Below are positions 1-13,535 of a DNA stretch of 64,000 nucleotides, in pieces. Origin of the DNA: Nemertoderma westbladi (lineage: Eukaryota > Animalia > Xenacoelomorpha); assembly GCA_032718475.1 (NCBI GenBank), contig JAUCBJ010001318.1, forward strand, positions 1-64,000, written 5' to 3'. Below the pieces are notes generated by a model. It worked only from the letters and a program-made list of their open reading frames with translations, ran no database searches and was not told where the DNA came from. The position numbers and the translations under genes are program-made. Within the stretch, counting starts at the first letter, position 1. Each line of letters begins with the position of its first letter.

Positions 1-279
1 CATCAAAAGGGTAAGACCACCAACATAAACACTAATAACAATTATGACATAAAGTAAAGCTTCAACATCTGTTGTTGGTGTAGTTGAGTCAATCAATGTT
101 ACATTACGCGTCTCTGTAGATATTGTATTCAGATTAACATATACGCCCGATGTATTGTTAGGAGGCATTCGTGTATCTCTCTCAGCATCAATACTTGTAA
201 CACCATTTCTACCATTAGTTGTAACAACATTTGTTATGGGAAGATTGAACTGAAATATTATTGAGTTATTCTTCATAAC
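1..279 (-). CDS. Coding exon of a small single-pass membrane protein (KCNE-like layout), running off the window start
   Basis: Acceptor ttttag at 280-285, then ATG at 276 opens 92 stop-free codons: MKNNSIIFQFNLP...PPNNTSG...RNVTLIDSTTPTTDVEALLYVIIVISVYVGGLTLLM. It has N-glycosylation sequons (NNS, NNT, NVT), a Thr-rich stalk and a hydrophobic TM segment. Not in the ORF track because it has no stop inside the window. Confidence 0.65.
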
Positions 280-2526
280 CTAAAATTAAATCCCGCAAAT
301 AATTACGATCAGATTTATTGGGACCTGCAGTAATGACAATACGAAACAAGTTTATTTGGATATGTCCAAATTTTAGCTATTACTGTGGGGCGAGCGACGA
401 AAGTAAGCGAGCTTAGCATACAGGTACCACTAACTCAATCGGTAAGCAAAGGCCCCACGAACGTGTACATAGGCCCAACTTACAAAGTGCAGAGAATTGA
501 GCAGACGTAAGTAGTCAGAACAGAAAAGTATCCCTCCCTGCATTAAGACAAAGAAAAAATGTTCAAATCTCGTGAAGGAGGAGGGGGTGGGGGGGGGGGG
601 GGGGGGGGTTGATGCAAATTCCATCTCGGCGAATTAACATCTCGTCTTCTCAATGTTAAAATATAAATTAAGGGAAATAAATTTTAACATTGATACCAAA
701 ACGCAATCAAACAATAAATTCCTTGTAGAATTTGCGTTGCCTAGATTTCCTACAAAATCATACAATAAACAATGAAACACTATTATAAAAGAAAAAGTAA
801 TAGAATCGGCTCTGGTTAGTTGAGCTCATTCGTCTACAAACTTTATAAAGTTGGCTAGGCCTACTTCCGATGTCCAACATTGTCAACATAAAACTAATAT
901 AATTGCTCATACAGTATACACCACATACTGTAAGTAAGTAGCTACAAACACTGCTGGAAATGAAAATGAGATCCTCATTTTCTTCATTTATGTTAATACA
1001 AAACGTGCTGGGATAGGTGACCATGCTCAACTAAGCTTACCATACTATAGGTTCGAGTGCTACAGTATACACTATACAGTAATATACAGTATTATAACAT
1101 GAAGTATGTACTGTACAGTACGTACATTATCCATGAAGATAATTAGATTACAATAACATCGCAAACTGGAATAGTAGGTAGTGTTGGTTTGTAAATACCA
1201 AGGGAAATTATCCATATCCCTACTGTGTGGAATTAATTATCTTTTAGTGATGTAAAATGGTGAACTTGTTGCGTTGATAAGTTGCATTGTCGACATCAAA
1301 TGTTTTTTAATAAAGTTCAAATCAGAATAAATTAATATTGATTTGTCATGACTAAGTATCAAATGTCGCTCTACTGTAACATTATTATGCCATAACATTA
1401 TGTTGTAACATTGTTATGTAATCAACTAGGCCTACTGCACACTCTATACCAATAATCGTTGACTATATTGCATGAGCTAGCCTACAATACAATACAGTAC
1501 AACACACTGTACACAGTTAAGTGATAATGATAGGGCATCCGTAAATTTGGCGGAGATAAAAATAATAGCGAAACTTGAAATAGATGAGGTAGGCCTATAA
1601 AATACAGCATATTCCGTGGATAACTTTTTATCCATTATACCTACTGTATGTATTATATTAATGTTACTATCTATACGGGTTCTCTATTAATATCTTTGTG
1701 CTACTGTATATTTACTGTGCCCATGTGATGCTACAGTAATTGTATGATTTTTGTAAACTATTTGAATGTTTGTTTTAAAAGTTTGTTAGACAAGCAGTGA
1801 GAATGGTTGTGTGCCTGAGTGAAGTAGGTTTATCTGAGAAAGAAAAATAATAAATACAGTAGTTGAAACATCAAACGAGTCTCGAAGGTCGTAATAAAGA
1901 AAATGAATTACCCGAGTTGAATATTTGCTGTGTTTCCACAGGATATTCAACCACTGTATCAATATTTGCCGAACGCCAATCGTTAAGATTCAAACCCAAA
2001 ATCGACATTACTCGTTGCTCCATGTATCCATTACTTAATTAATAGCAAACTTCCTTTCAAGTTTGTAAAACAAACATCAAATCAAATCTAGCTGCATCAG
2101 CACACACATTTATTAAACTGTGAACTACAAATTAATTAATATACACTACTGTAGAAATTGTTATTAGTATTAAGGTTTAAGGCGTCACCCTGCCTGGCAC
2201 TCTTTGTTTTACGGATGTTTTGAGTAAGATGAATTACTAATTGCACACTGTAGGCCAGTCAAAACAACGTGGCTCTAAGCCAAAAAAGATAGTGGGACTA
2301 TTGATCACCATTCAGACTAATAAATGTAATGCAGCCCAGCCAGGCCGGAAACCTTGTGGATATATATACTAACGATGAAACACAGGCAATTTATGGCAGC
2401 GATAATTCCCGCCATGTGTACGCGTTCCAGACCTCGAGTTCCAGGGTCGGGTACAAACAATTACGCAATTATGCCTCGGAAAATCTAATCATTGCGATGG
2501 AATGAAAGCACTCCTCTAGCCGCATC

Positions 2527-2730
2527 GCCTCAGCAGCACGGCCCCTGTAGAACGGCCCCAGCAGCACGGCCCAGCGCCACGGCCCCAGCAGCACAGCCCA
2601 CCACACGGCCCCAGCAGCACGGACCCATCATCACGGTCCCAGCAGCACGGCCCAGCACGGCCACTGCAGCACGACCCAGCACGGCCCCAGCAGCACGACC
2701 CAGCAGCACGGCCCACAGCACGGTCACAGG
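2527..2730. repeat. GC-rich minisatellite (CAGCACGGCCC-type units)
   Basis: Degenerate tandem cagcagcacggccc units; same family as 4315-5450. Confidence 0.9.
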
Positions 2731-2870
2731 CTCTCTTACAGTTTGCCGTGCCACCTATTGCTATAATGGCACGGTAAAGTGTAATAGGACTGAGGAGCTC
2801 TCTTACAGTGCCGTGCCACGTATATATTAAATATAATTCAAAAAAATATAATTGTTATAATTATATAATA

Positions 2871-3778
2871 CACCATGACCCGTTATATAGTGTCATTTTC
2901 TGATGACACGGACCCCCCCCCCCCCCCCAAATTTTTCTACAAATCTTTATCATATTGTTTGAAATTTGAAACACAACTAGTTCAACTCACCGTGGTTGTT
3001 ACCATGAAGCCGGAATTTTCGATTTCGCCTTTAAATTTTATTTATAAGCGTTTTAAAAAAGTGTCTTTTGCGAAATCGCACCCTCTGTATCATTGCCATT
3101 CTTCACTTTAGTCGTAATTTTTTCACATCAATAGAAAGCTTGCGTTGCAAGGATTCCAAATATGTAACAATGTCTGAATTTCGTTGAGAAACAGCTGAGA
3201 AATAGGCATTCAAAGATTGCAAGAATTATTGTTCACTGCAGGCCATTTATTCTATTTAATAAATACACAATATTCTGGAACAATTTGTTTATGTATGATT
3301 AGCTACGCAATATAGATATTGTATAGGCATACCGCTGTTGCCTACCAACTCATAAAATAAATAACACGTTCTAGAATTTTGTGTATTTATTAAATAGAAT
3401 AAATGGCCTGCAGCGAACAATAATTCTTGCAATCTTTGAACGCCTATTTCTCAGCTGTTTCTCAACGAAATTCAGATATTGCTACATATTTGGAATCCTT
3501 TCAACGCAAGCTTTCTATTGATGTGAAAAAATTACGACTAAAGTGAAGAATGGCAATGATACAGAGGGTGCGATTTCGCAAAAGACACTTTTTTAAAACG
3601 CTTATAAATAAAATTTAAAGGCGAAATCGAAAATTCCGGCTTCATGGTAACAACCACGGTGAGTTGAACTAGTTGTGTTTCAAATTTCAAACAATATGAT
3701 AAAGATTTGTAGAAAAATTTGGGGGGGGGGGGGGGGTCCGTGTCATCAGAAAATGACACTATATTACGGGTCATGGTG
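2871..3778. mobile_element. Foldback/MITE-type non-autonomous DNA transposon (CACCATG termini, TA flanks)
   Basis: About 400-bp arms are near-perfect reverse complements (the mirror ORFs 2875-3111 and 3538-3774 are near-identical). Termini CACCATGACCCG...CGGGTCATGGTG, flanked by TA on both sides. Confidence 0.9.
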
Positions 3779-4314
3779 TATATATTTACGCAAGTGATAC
3801 CGTAATTTACTCTACGTACAATTAGATTTTGTTACGTCTTATGTAGCTAATGTTTTTATTGTTTGTTACTAAACCGGGTACACTTCCTTCACTTCCTTCT
3901 AGTTTCCCTAATTATGATATGATAGATTAAAAATTATCATTTTATTATATCAAAAAATTGCAAAATGTGAAGCTAGCTAGTTTTTGGTTCTTGTTTTTTA
4001 AATGTTCTAGAACATTATCAATCCATTTCATATAAAAATGTTGTTCTAGAACAGATACTTTTTGTTCTAGAACAAAAAATACAAAGCACTAGCTAATTTG
4101 TTAATTTTTTATTGTATGTTATCTTTGAATAAATTTTTTATACTAGCTATTTTTTGTTTCTTTTTTTAATGTTCTAGAACATATTATCTATACATTTAAT
4201 ATACAAATTTTGTTCTAGAACAAATATTTTTTGTTCTAGAACAAATATTTTAAGATCCTTTTATTATATCAAAATATGGCTATAATGGCACGGTATAGTG
4301 TAAGAGTCCCCGGT

Positions 4315-5450
4315 CACAGCAGCACGGCCTCAGCAGCACGGCCCCAGAAGCACGGCCCCAACAGCACGGCCCCAACATCACGGCCCCAACAGCACGACCC
4401 AGCAGCACGGCCCTGCAGCACGGCCCCAACCGCACGGCCCAAGAATCACGGACCCAGCAGCAGGGATCCACCAGCACGGAGCCAGCTGCACGACACAGCA
4501 CAGCACCAGCAGCACGACCCCATCAGCACGGCCCCAGCAGCACGTCCCCAGCAACACGACCCAGCAGCACCGCCCAGCAGCACAGCCTCAGAAGCACGGC
4601 CCAGCAGCACGGCCACAGCAGCACGGCCCCAAAAGCACGGTCCAAGCATCACGGACCCAGCAGCACGGTCGGAGCAGTACAGAACCAGCTGCACGGCCCC
4701 TGCAGCACGGCCCCAGCAGCACGGACCCAGCATCACGGACCCAGCAGCAGGGACCCACCAGCACGGAGCCAGCTGCACGACACAGCACGGCACCAGCAGC
4801 ACGACCCCATCAGCACGGCCCCATAGCACGTCCCCAGCAACACGACCCAGCAGCACCGCCCAGCAGCACAGCCCCAACAGCACGGCCCCAGAAGCACGGC
4901 CCCAACAGCACGGCCCCAACACCACGGCCCCAACAGCACGGCCCCAACAGCACGACCCAGCAGCACGGCCCTGCAGCACGGCCCCAACCGCACGGCCCAA
5001 GCATCACGGACCCAGCAGCAGGGACCCACCAGCACGGAGCCAGCTGCACGACACAGCACGGCACCAGCAGCACGACCCCATCAGCACGGCCCCAGCAGCA
5101 CGTCCCCAGCAACACGACCCAGCAGCACCGCCCAGCAGCACAGCCTCAGAAGCACGGCCCAGCAGCACGGCCATAGCAGCACGGCCCCAAAAGCACGGTC
5201 CAAGCATCACGGACCCAGCAGCACGGTCGGAGCAGTACGGAACCAGCTGCACGGCCCCTGCAGCACGGCCCCAGCAGCACGGACCCAGCTGCACGAAACA
5301 GCACTGCCCCGGCAGCACCAACCAGCAGCCCGGCCTAGCAGCATGGAACCAGGAGCACGGCCCCAACAGCACGGCCCCTACAGCACGGACCCAGCAGCAC
5401 GGTCACAGCAGCACAGACCCAGCTGCACGACCCAGCATGGACCTAGCAGC
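4315..5450. repeat. GC-rich CAGCACGGCCC minisatellite with a ~560-bp internal duplication
   Basis: Degenerate short units; the block starting ~4381 recurs at ~4939. Confidence 0.9.
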
Positions 5451-5460
5451 ACAAAACTCA

Positions 5461-5628
5461 AACTCGTTATCGAGTTTGTGCGGAAAACAAACTCATTATC
5501 GATAATAAAGACCCACGGCTCCGTTCTATCTCGAAAACAAACTCGATAATCCTGATGATGGGAGTAAAGATCAACCCCAACTTGACTTTCTGAACTCATT
5601 CTGTATCACACAAACTCGATAATGAGTC
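5461..5628. mobile_element. Small inverted-repeat element (MITE-like)
   Basis: aactcgttatcgagtttgtg at 5461 is mirrored by cacaaactcgataatgagtc at ~5609-5628. Confidence 0.45.
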
Positions 5629-5873
5629 AGAACCCGATCACGTCATATGAACTCTAGGCCGACACCATTGAACTCTAGGCTGAGTAATATTATTTAGGAC
5701 CATACCTTTTATATATAAAATCGTTTGCTTCTATATAGTTCCCTACGTGGAACAAGGCAATAACAAGATTTGTCGCGTTTGTGTGAAAGAAATTTAATTT
5801 TATAATTACAGTTTATGAACTACCTCTGAGAAAAGATAATTAATTATTGTGCGGTGTATTTCAATGTATTTCA

Positions 5874-6048
5874 GAAGGCGGGGTAGCTCAGTTGGTTGAG
5901 CGCCGGGCCTGCAATCTATTGGTTGTAGGTTCAGCCCCCTGGGAGCAAATCTTGGGATAGGAGTAGCGCCCACCCCTACCCTCGGGTAGCAGCTATCGAA
6001 AGAGGAGTCTTCGGGTCGCCTCCGGCTTCGGCCGACTGTTTGCTTGCT
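5874..6048 (+). mobile_element. tRNA-derived SINE
   Basis: A box TAGCTCAGTTGG (5884), degenerate B box GGTTCAGCCC (~5928), non-tRNA body, short (TTGC)n tail, candidate TSD TGTATTTCA (5865-5873 / 6049-6057). Confidence 0.75.
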
Positions 6049-6325
6049 TGTATTTCAATAACTTCAAACAGAAACCGCGTATACTTTTTGGTCAGACACC
6101 AGGACATCACGCTGTGCAGTTATTTTTTTTAGGACATCAAAAATATATTTTTCCAAATCTTGGCTCAAAATCGTTCTTTATGACCAATTTTTTCCAAATT
6201 TGCCATTGGGGGAGTGTAATCAATTTTTCGCGCCTCCGTTGTCAAACGTACAAAATACACTTCCTCAGGACTCTGATTTTAATAACGAAATAATTATAAT
6301 ATAATTATTCCCCCTTTTCTTATTT

Positions 6326-7474
6326 AGTCGTAATATTTATCTCAAAATATTCGACGCAATATTCATCCCGAAAATAGTCATCAAAATATTCTTCTCAGAA
6401 TATTATCCCATATCTCACATTACGATTTATTGCTCCAACCCAGACATTCTTAGTCGTGGTGGGCGTGTCAAGTCTTGCCTAATCCGCCCAGTACACTCCA
6501 TCCAATGCACTATCGAGGGTCCATTGTTATGTAATACACCCTTCCCTTACACCAGCCCCCAGCACGCAGCCTATGGCCGCCATCCAATAGCAGTAGGAAG
6601 TGATTGACAAGTCACATTCTAAACTCCATCCAGGCACCAATATTAATTGGTCTATATTATTGAGTAATTATATCTAATTTTGTTCGAACGTGCACCAATA
6701 TTAATTGGTCTAATATATTGGGTAATTATATTTAACATTGTTTGAACGTAAACGAACGAACGAACGTGGAACTTTCTGGGCGGAGAAGTCCACCCGCGCG
6801 CAGGTGATAATTAGGGGTCAACTCCATATTGACCCCACAGCAGGATATAAATAGGGGCGCATCGGGACTAAAACTTCAAGAGTTTTCACTCTGCCTCAGG
6901 TATAACTGTTGAGCACTGCTCCTCAGTACAGCAGAGGTCCCTGGCCTAGAAGTCAGCTCTGTTCCGAGTTGGGGCCGTCTTTGTTGCTGGATCGGGCCTG
7001 TGAAAGGCTTTGCGGTCACCAGTAACTTAAGACGATTCCGCCGTCGGACGGCTGCAGTATCTTAGCCTAAAGCCAGCTCTGGTCCAACGTTGGTGCCCTC
7101 TTTGTTGCTGGATCGGGCCTGCGAAAGGCTTTGCGGTCGCCAGTAACGTAAGACGGTTCCGCTGTTGGTCTGAGCATATTGGCTAGACAACCCCGGAGCG
7201 CTTGTGTGCTCGCTATTGCCTACCAGGCAAAAGTGGCAGCGTCTCCACCGGCTCGCCTCTCCTGCCCACGGTAGTGCTGGTGCTGGTGCACTGTCCGCAG
7301 ACTATATGTTTATTTGTGGTTCGCCCAAATAGACCTCTATGGTCTGAGTACAAATTGCATCTAACCTTTTTATTCCAATCGGTCCCACCCCTGTTTGGAC
7401 TCAGACGGTAACCTGGTGTTCTGCACTATCGCTAAGTTCCAATAGCGTGAAGCTGCACCAAGTTTATTACGACT
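6326..7474 (+). mobile_element. Possible solo LTR-like element of a second family
   Basis: 10-bp inverted ends AGTCGTAATA...TATTACGACT, CCAAT/ATTGG motifs, TATAAATA at ~6846, and an internal ~120-bp tandem duplication (6948-7160). No clean TSD. Confidence 0.35.
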
Positions 7475-8404
7475 TTTTCTCACGACTTTTACCTACAGCT
7501 TATAGACTTTTCTACAGCGTTGAGATTTTATTCATTATTGTTAGACTTTTTCCCTTTATTTGTATATTTTTTCCGGTGTATTTTTAGCAAAACAGAACGG
7601 CTAAAAATACGGTATATTTTCTCTGCTTTTTGGATTATTTAGAGGCTATACTTTGGATCCTAACGGACCCAAAGCACCCCTCACCCGGTTTCTATCCTTT
7701 TCCTCATCCCAGAGGTTTTTCTACAGTGTTACAGTAAGCTATTTCATTTATTTAGAAGGAAGCAATATACAGTATTATTTGGGAAGAATAGAAAATCACT
7801 GTGTTTTTGTACTATATTGAAAGTTGTGGATGTCTGTAAATAACAAGTCATTGAAGGACCGTGTTCAAGTGGAAATATTTTATGTTAGCCGGAAAACCAA
7901 AACACTAAGCGAAAGTAGAGCACTACCTGGAACGTTTTGAGATTCAAAGCCGTTTTAGGAGCTTATCGTGCCAAGAAATCAAGCATGAGCACGAGAAATC
8001 CATTACACTGAGGCTGAGGCCTTTGATTGTATATTATTTGTATTCCGTCTTACGGTAAAATAAAATGTGTTGTAATTAGTGTTACTGTTATTGCATTACC
8101 CATTACGGGGGGTAGGGTATTTAATATCCAATAAATAGTAATCGATGGCTTAAGCCTACGAAAGTTTGTTAATCGTCAAGATTACCCGTGTTGCCGAATT
8201 GGATAACAAAAAAACATGTTTGCACAGTGCAAGGACAATAACACCTCCATGAGCGTACCTAACGCCTAGTCAACAAGGCCGTGTGGCTCCGTTTAACGTT
8301 AAACTTGAGATAGGGATGAAGGGCATTGACCTGATCTACCCTGCGTTTACAAACTTATAATTGGGTTATATAGAAACCCCGATAACCGACGAGTTTAATT
8401 TCAA

Positions 8405-8860
8405 CGGTGTACGGACAATTCCGACCCGGACAGTTGCGACCCAGACAATTCCGAACCGGAATATTCCGACCCATTCAGAGATCGAATTAAATTTTCATGG
8501 GTAGGACAATTCCGACCTAAATAATTAAATAATAATAATAAATAATAATTTTATTTAACATTAGGCCTACATTGTATTATTATTCAACATAAAGATTGCT
8601 GTGTCCCATGGATATTCTTCGTTCTATACGCGTTTGGTATGTAATTTTGTGTGTATTCGGTGCTAGTTTTTGCTACGCTTTTTGAAAATGTTCTAAAACA
8701 TACTAGGTATTAATTAAGAAAATATTGATGTTCTAGAACACACAATTTTGTTATTGAATACCAGTAATTTCTATTAATTATTATTATTTATTTGGATCCA
8801 GACAATTCCGACCCAGACAATTCCGACCTAGGACAATTCCAACCGGACAATTCCGATTTG
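8405..8860. mobile_element. MITE-like relic with GGACAATTCCGACC subrepeats
   Basis: Clusters of acaattccgacc at 8412-8520 and 8800-8856. Confidence 0.5.
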
Positions 8861-8949
8861 AATGTATAAGAAATTATAATTGTTTATTATGAACTGCTTT
8901 TGATCCATTTCTGAAATATTGTCCAACTTTGGGGCAGTGCAGTGGCGAG

Positions 8950-9200
8950 GGGGAGGGCGGGGGGGGGGGGGGGGGGGGTGGTTTCGACGCAATCAAAATT
9001 CTACCTTCTCCAGGGGACAATCGACGCACAAAAACGAATAAAACTGTATCCTGTTTTTATTGATTTTATTTATTGTTTTGGTTAGAATAACTTCTCCCTA
9101 TAACCTGCTCCTTAGTTGATAATTAACATTGTACAGTAATTTGCTCGCCAAGACGAGAAATTAATTCTCCGAAATTGGCTTTGCAACAAGTTTCCCCTCC
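8950..9200 (+). repeat. Dispersed ~250-bp repeat bounded by G/C homopolymers
   Basis: Homologous reverse-oriented copies at 34712-35020 and 36040-36210; fragments at ~590-655 and ~13630-13670 (shared tcgacgcaa, taacctgctcc and aattaattc..cc motifs). Confidence 0.6.
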
Positions 9201-9204
9201 CCTG

Positions 9205-11444
9205 AACCCTCTTATAAGAATTTACAAATATAATTTAACCCTCTTATAAGAATTTACAAATATAATTTAACCCTCTTATAAGAATTTACAAATATAATTT
9301 AACCCTCTTATAAGAATTTACAAATATAATTTAACTCTCTTATAAGAATTTACAAATATATTTTAACTCGCTTATAAGAATTTACAAATATAATTTAACC
9401 CTCTTATAAGAATTTACAAATATAATTTAACCCTCTTATAAGAATTTACAAATATAATTTAACCCTCTTATAAGAATTTACAAATATAATTTAACCCTCT
9501 TATAAGAATTTACAAATATAATTTAACCCTCTTATAAGAATTTACAAATATAATTTAACCCTCTTATAAGAATTTACAAATATAATTTAACCCTCTTATA
9601 AGAATTTACAAATATAATTTAACTCTCTTATAAGAATTTACAAATATATTTTAACTCGCTTATAAGAATTTACAAATATAATTTAACCCTCTTATAAGAA
9701 TTTACAATTATAATTTAACCCTCTTATAAGAATTTACAAATATAATTTAACCCTCTTATAAGAATTTACAAATATAATTTAACTCTCTTATAAGAATTTA
9801 CAAATATATTTTAACTCGCTTATAAGAATTTACAAATATAATTTAACCCTCTTATAAGAATTTACAAATATAATTTAACCCTCTTATAAGAATTTACAAA
9901 TATAATTTAACCCTCTTATAAGAATTTACAAATATAATTTAACCCTCTTATAAGAATTTACAAATATAATTTAACCCTCTTATAAGAATTTACAAATATA
10001 ATTTAACCCTCTTATAAGAATTTACAAATATAATTTAACCCTCTTATAAGAATTTACAAATATAATTTAACCCTCTTATAAGAATTTACAAATATAATTT
10101 AACCCTCTTATAAGAATTTACAAATATAATTTAACCCTCTTATAAGAATTTACAAATATAATTTAACTCTCTTATAAGAATTTACAAATATATTTTAACT
10201 CGCTTATAAGAATTTACAAATATAATTTAACCCTCTTATAAGAATTTACAAATATAATTTAACCCTCTTATAAGAATTTACAAATATAATTTAACCCTCT
10301 TATAAGAATTTACAAATATAATTTAACCCTCTTATAAGAATTTACAAATATAATTTAACCCTCTTATAAGAATTTACAAATATAATTTAACCCTCTTATA
10401 AGAATTTACAAATATAATTTAACCCTCTTATAAGAATTTACAAATATAATTTAACTCTCTTATAAGAATTTACAAATATATTTTAACTCGCTTATAAGAA
10501 TTTACAAATATAATTTAACCCTCTTATAAGAATTTACAAATATAATTTAACCCTCTTATAAGAATTTACAAATATAATTTAACCCTCTTATAAGAATTTA
10601 CAAATATAATTTAACCCTCTTATAAGAATTTACAAATATAATTTAACCCTCTTATAAGAATTTACAAATATAATTTAACCCTCTTATAAGAATTTACAAA
10701 TATAATTTAACCCTCTTATAAGAATTTACAAATATAATTTAACTCTCTTATAAGAATTTACAAATATATTTTAACTCGCTTATAAGAATTTACAAATATA
10801 ATTTAACCCTCTTATAAGAATTTACAAATATAATTTAACCCTCTTATAAGAATTTACAAATATAATTTAACCCTCTTATAAGAATTTACAAATATAATTT
10901 AACCCTCTTATAAGAATTTACAAATATAATTTAACCCTCTTATAAGAATTTACAAATATAATTTAACCCTCTTATAAGAATTTACAAATATAATTTAACC
11001 CTCTTATAAGAATTTACAAATATAATTTAACTCTCTTATAAGAATTTACAAATATATTTTAACTCGCTTATAAGAATTTACAAATATAATTTAACCCTCT
11101 TATAAGAATTTACAAATATAATTTAACCCTCTTATAAGAATTTACAAATATAATTTAACCCTCTTATAAGAATTTACAAATATAATTTAACCCTCTTATA
11201 AGAATTTACAAATATAATTTAACCCTCTTATAAGAATTTACAAATATAATTTAACCCTCTTATAAGAATTTACAAATATAATTTAACCCTCTTATAAGAA
11301 TTTACAAATATAATTTAACTCTCTTATAAGAATTTACAAATATATTTTAACTCGCTTATAAGAATTTACAAATATAATTTAACCCTCTTATAAGAATTTA
11401 CAAATATAATTTAACCCTCTTATAAGAATTTACAAATATAATTT
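9205..11444. repeat. 32-bp AT-rich tandem array (~70 copies) with a 9-mer higher-order period
   Basis: Unit AACCCTCTTATAAGAATTTACAAATATAATTT; a variant unit pair recurs mostly every 288 bp. Confidence 0.97.
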
Positions 11445-11899
11445 CAAGTAGTGCGTTACAGTACGTCAGTTAGTGTAGATAAATCAACATTTACAAAAGG
11501 TAAAATAATTTATTATTATATTTAGCTGCGCTACTAAGTACAAATCACCAACCAACTATATAGTAATGTGCAAAGGGGATCCGATAAAACCAAGCCATCC
11601 CATTGGTTGAAATTTGAGATCAAAACTTAGATCATAAGAAGAGCAATTATTTTTTGCTTTCTATTCTTATTATCGTGGGAACTGAACTATAAAACTACTT
11701 ATTGATGGAATTGGAAAAAAAACCACACAGTTAGTTAGTTAGTAACTACTTATTGGTGGAATCTGAAGAAACCAAAACCATCCAGTAATTAGTAAATACC
11801 GCCTTTACGGATAAAATTGGAATAGAAATTGTGGCCAGTAAGTAAGGAGGAGTTAGGTGAAACTTTTTTTCGACTTTTTTTCTTTCAGGTTTTTAAATT

Positions 11900-12013
11900 C
11901 TAGATTACAATTTCATGCAATCTGATTAAGATGTTTAGACAAATTTGGGGGGAGGGGGGGGGGGGGGGGGTGGCAGGTACCTGAATAAAGACACTATATT
12001 CCAGGACATGGTG
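11900..12013. mobile_element. Terminal fragment of the CACCATG-ended family seen at 31219-31812
   Basis: caggtacctgaataaagacactatattccaggacatggtg followed by TA, matching the end of 31219-31812. Confidence 0.7.
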
Positions 12014-12704
12014 TATGTAACGAGGTAATATTTTTTTTTACGATCCTTGTGAAGTTTACGAGACTTTCTGCTGTTATATTTCACTTTGCAGTTTACCCCC
12101 ATGTGAAGAATACCAGGTTTTAACTAAAACCACAGGTTTCAGAAGGGCTGAATATAACCAAAATAATAAACGAATAATTCAGGTTATAAGGAAGAAGTAA
12201 ACGCTATAAAACACTTAATATGGAGAAATTTGGAAATATACAAATTCTTCATGTATAAAACTCCAATAGAATTTCGACCGAAAAGTAAAAACCTACAGTA
12301 GTATTCTACACATGGGTTTTTTTACCCAGCTGATTAGCTTGGTTTTAAATTAACTACCTACCAAACCCTAGAGGATTAGCCACTGCATACAGCTGCAGTG
12401 CACCCCGACACAGGAAATTAACTGTATATTATTATTCACTGTATAATAGGAAACTCTGAACTCTTACCAATTAGTAAACGCCCGTGGCACAATCGAAATT
12501 CAGTGGGAAATCTAACAGCGTCTATTCCTGGAATATTTCGAAAAATTACAGTCTCAGATAAGTAACGAGACTTGGGTGTTCCACTTTTTTTTTAACATAA
12601 ATTTTAGTTTTATGAGTTTCAACATCCTTAATTTGAATAAATTATAAGATTAATTTAATCAGGACAAGAAAAGATTTCGTGAATTTATACCAAATGGAAT
12701 CGAA

Positions 12705-13535
12705 TCCGTGTCCGTGTCCGTGTCCGTGTCCGTGTCCGTGTCCGTGTCCGTGTCCGTGTCCGTGTCCGTCCGTCCGTGTCCGTGTCCGTGTCCGTGTCCG
12801 TGTCCGTGTCCGTGTCCGTGTCCGTGTCCGTGTCCGTGTCCGTGTCCGTGTCCGTGTCCGTGTCCGTGTCCGTGTCCGTGTCCGTGTCCGTGTCCGTGTC
12901 CGTGTCCGTGTCCGTGTCCGTGTCCGTGTCCGTGTCCGTGTCCGTGTCCGTGTCCGTGTCCGTGTCCGTGTCCGTGTCCGTGTCCGTGTCCGTGTCCGTG
13001 TCCGTGTCCGTGTCCGTGTCCGTGTGTCCGTTCCGTGTCCGTGTGTCCGTGTCCGTGTCCGTGTGTCCGTGTCCGTGTCCGTGTCCGTGTCCGTGTCCGT
13101 GTCCGTGTCCGTGTCCGTGTCCGTGTCCGTGTCCGTGTCCGTGTCCGTGTCCGTGTCCGTGTCCGTGTCCGTGTCCGTGTCCGTGTCCGTGTCCGTGTCC
13201 GTGTCCGTGTCCGTGTCCGTGTCCGTGTCCGTGTCCGTGTCCGTGTCCGTGTCCGTGTCCGTGTCCGTGTCCGTGTCCGTGTCCGTGTCCGTGTCCGTGT
13301 CCGTGTCCGTGTCCGTGTCCGTGTCCGTGTCCGTGTCCGTGTCCGTGTCCGTGTCCGTGTCCGTGTCCGTGTCCGTGTCCGTGTCCGTGTCCGTGTCCGT
13401 GTCCGTGTCCGTGTCCGTGTCCGTGTCCGTGTCCGTGTCCGTGTCCGTGTCCGTGTCCGTGTCCGTGTCCGTGTCCGTGTCCGTGTCCGTGTCCGTGTCC
13501 GAATCCGTGTCCGTGTCCGTGTCCGAATCCGTGTC
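12705..13535. repeat. (TCCGTG)n hexanucleotide microsatellite
   Basis: About 135 near-perfect copies; it produces the spurious poly-DT/RV/SV/CP ORFs. Confidence 0.98.

Noticed and set aside
2875-3774. Twin 78-aa ORFs on opposite strands (and 14004-14297)
   Set aside because: Mirror images from the arms of a palindromic MITE; no protein motif.
4276-5505. 409-aa ORF and overlapping Cys/Trp/Gly-rich antisense ORFs (also 2492-2830)
   Set aside because: They arise from a stop-poor GC minisatellite that is open in several frames on both strands.
5877-5945. tRNA gene (also 41148-41215)
   Set aside because: The acceptor stem does not close, and a non-tRNA body and tail follow; these are SINE heads.
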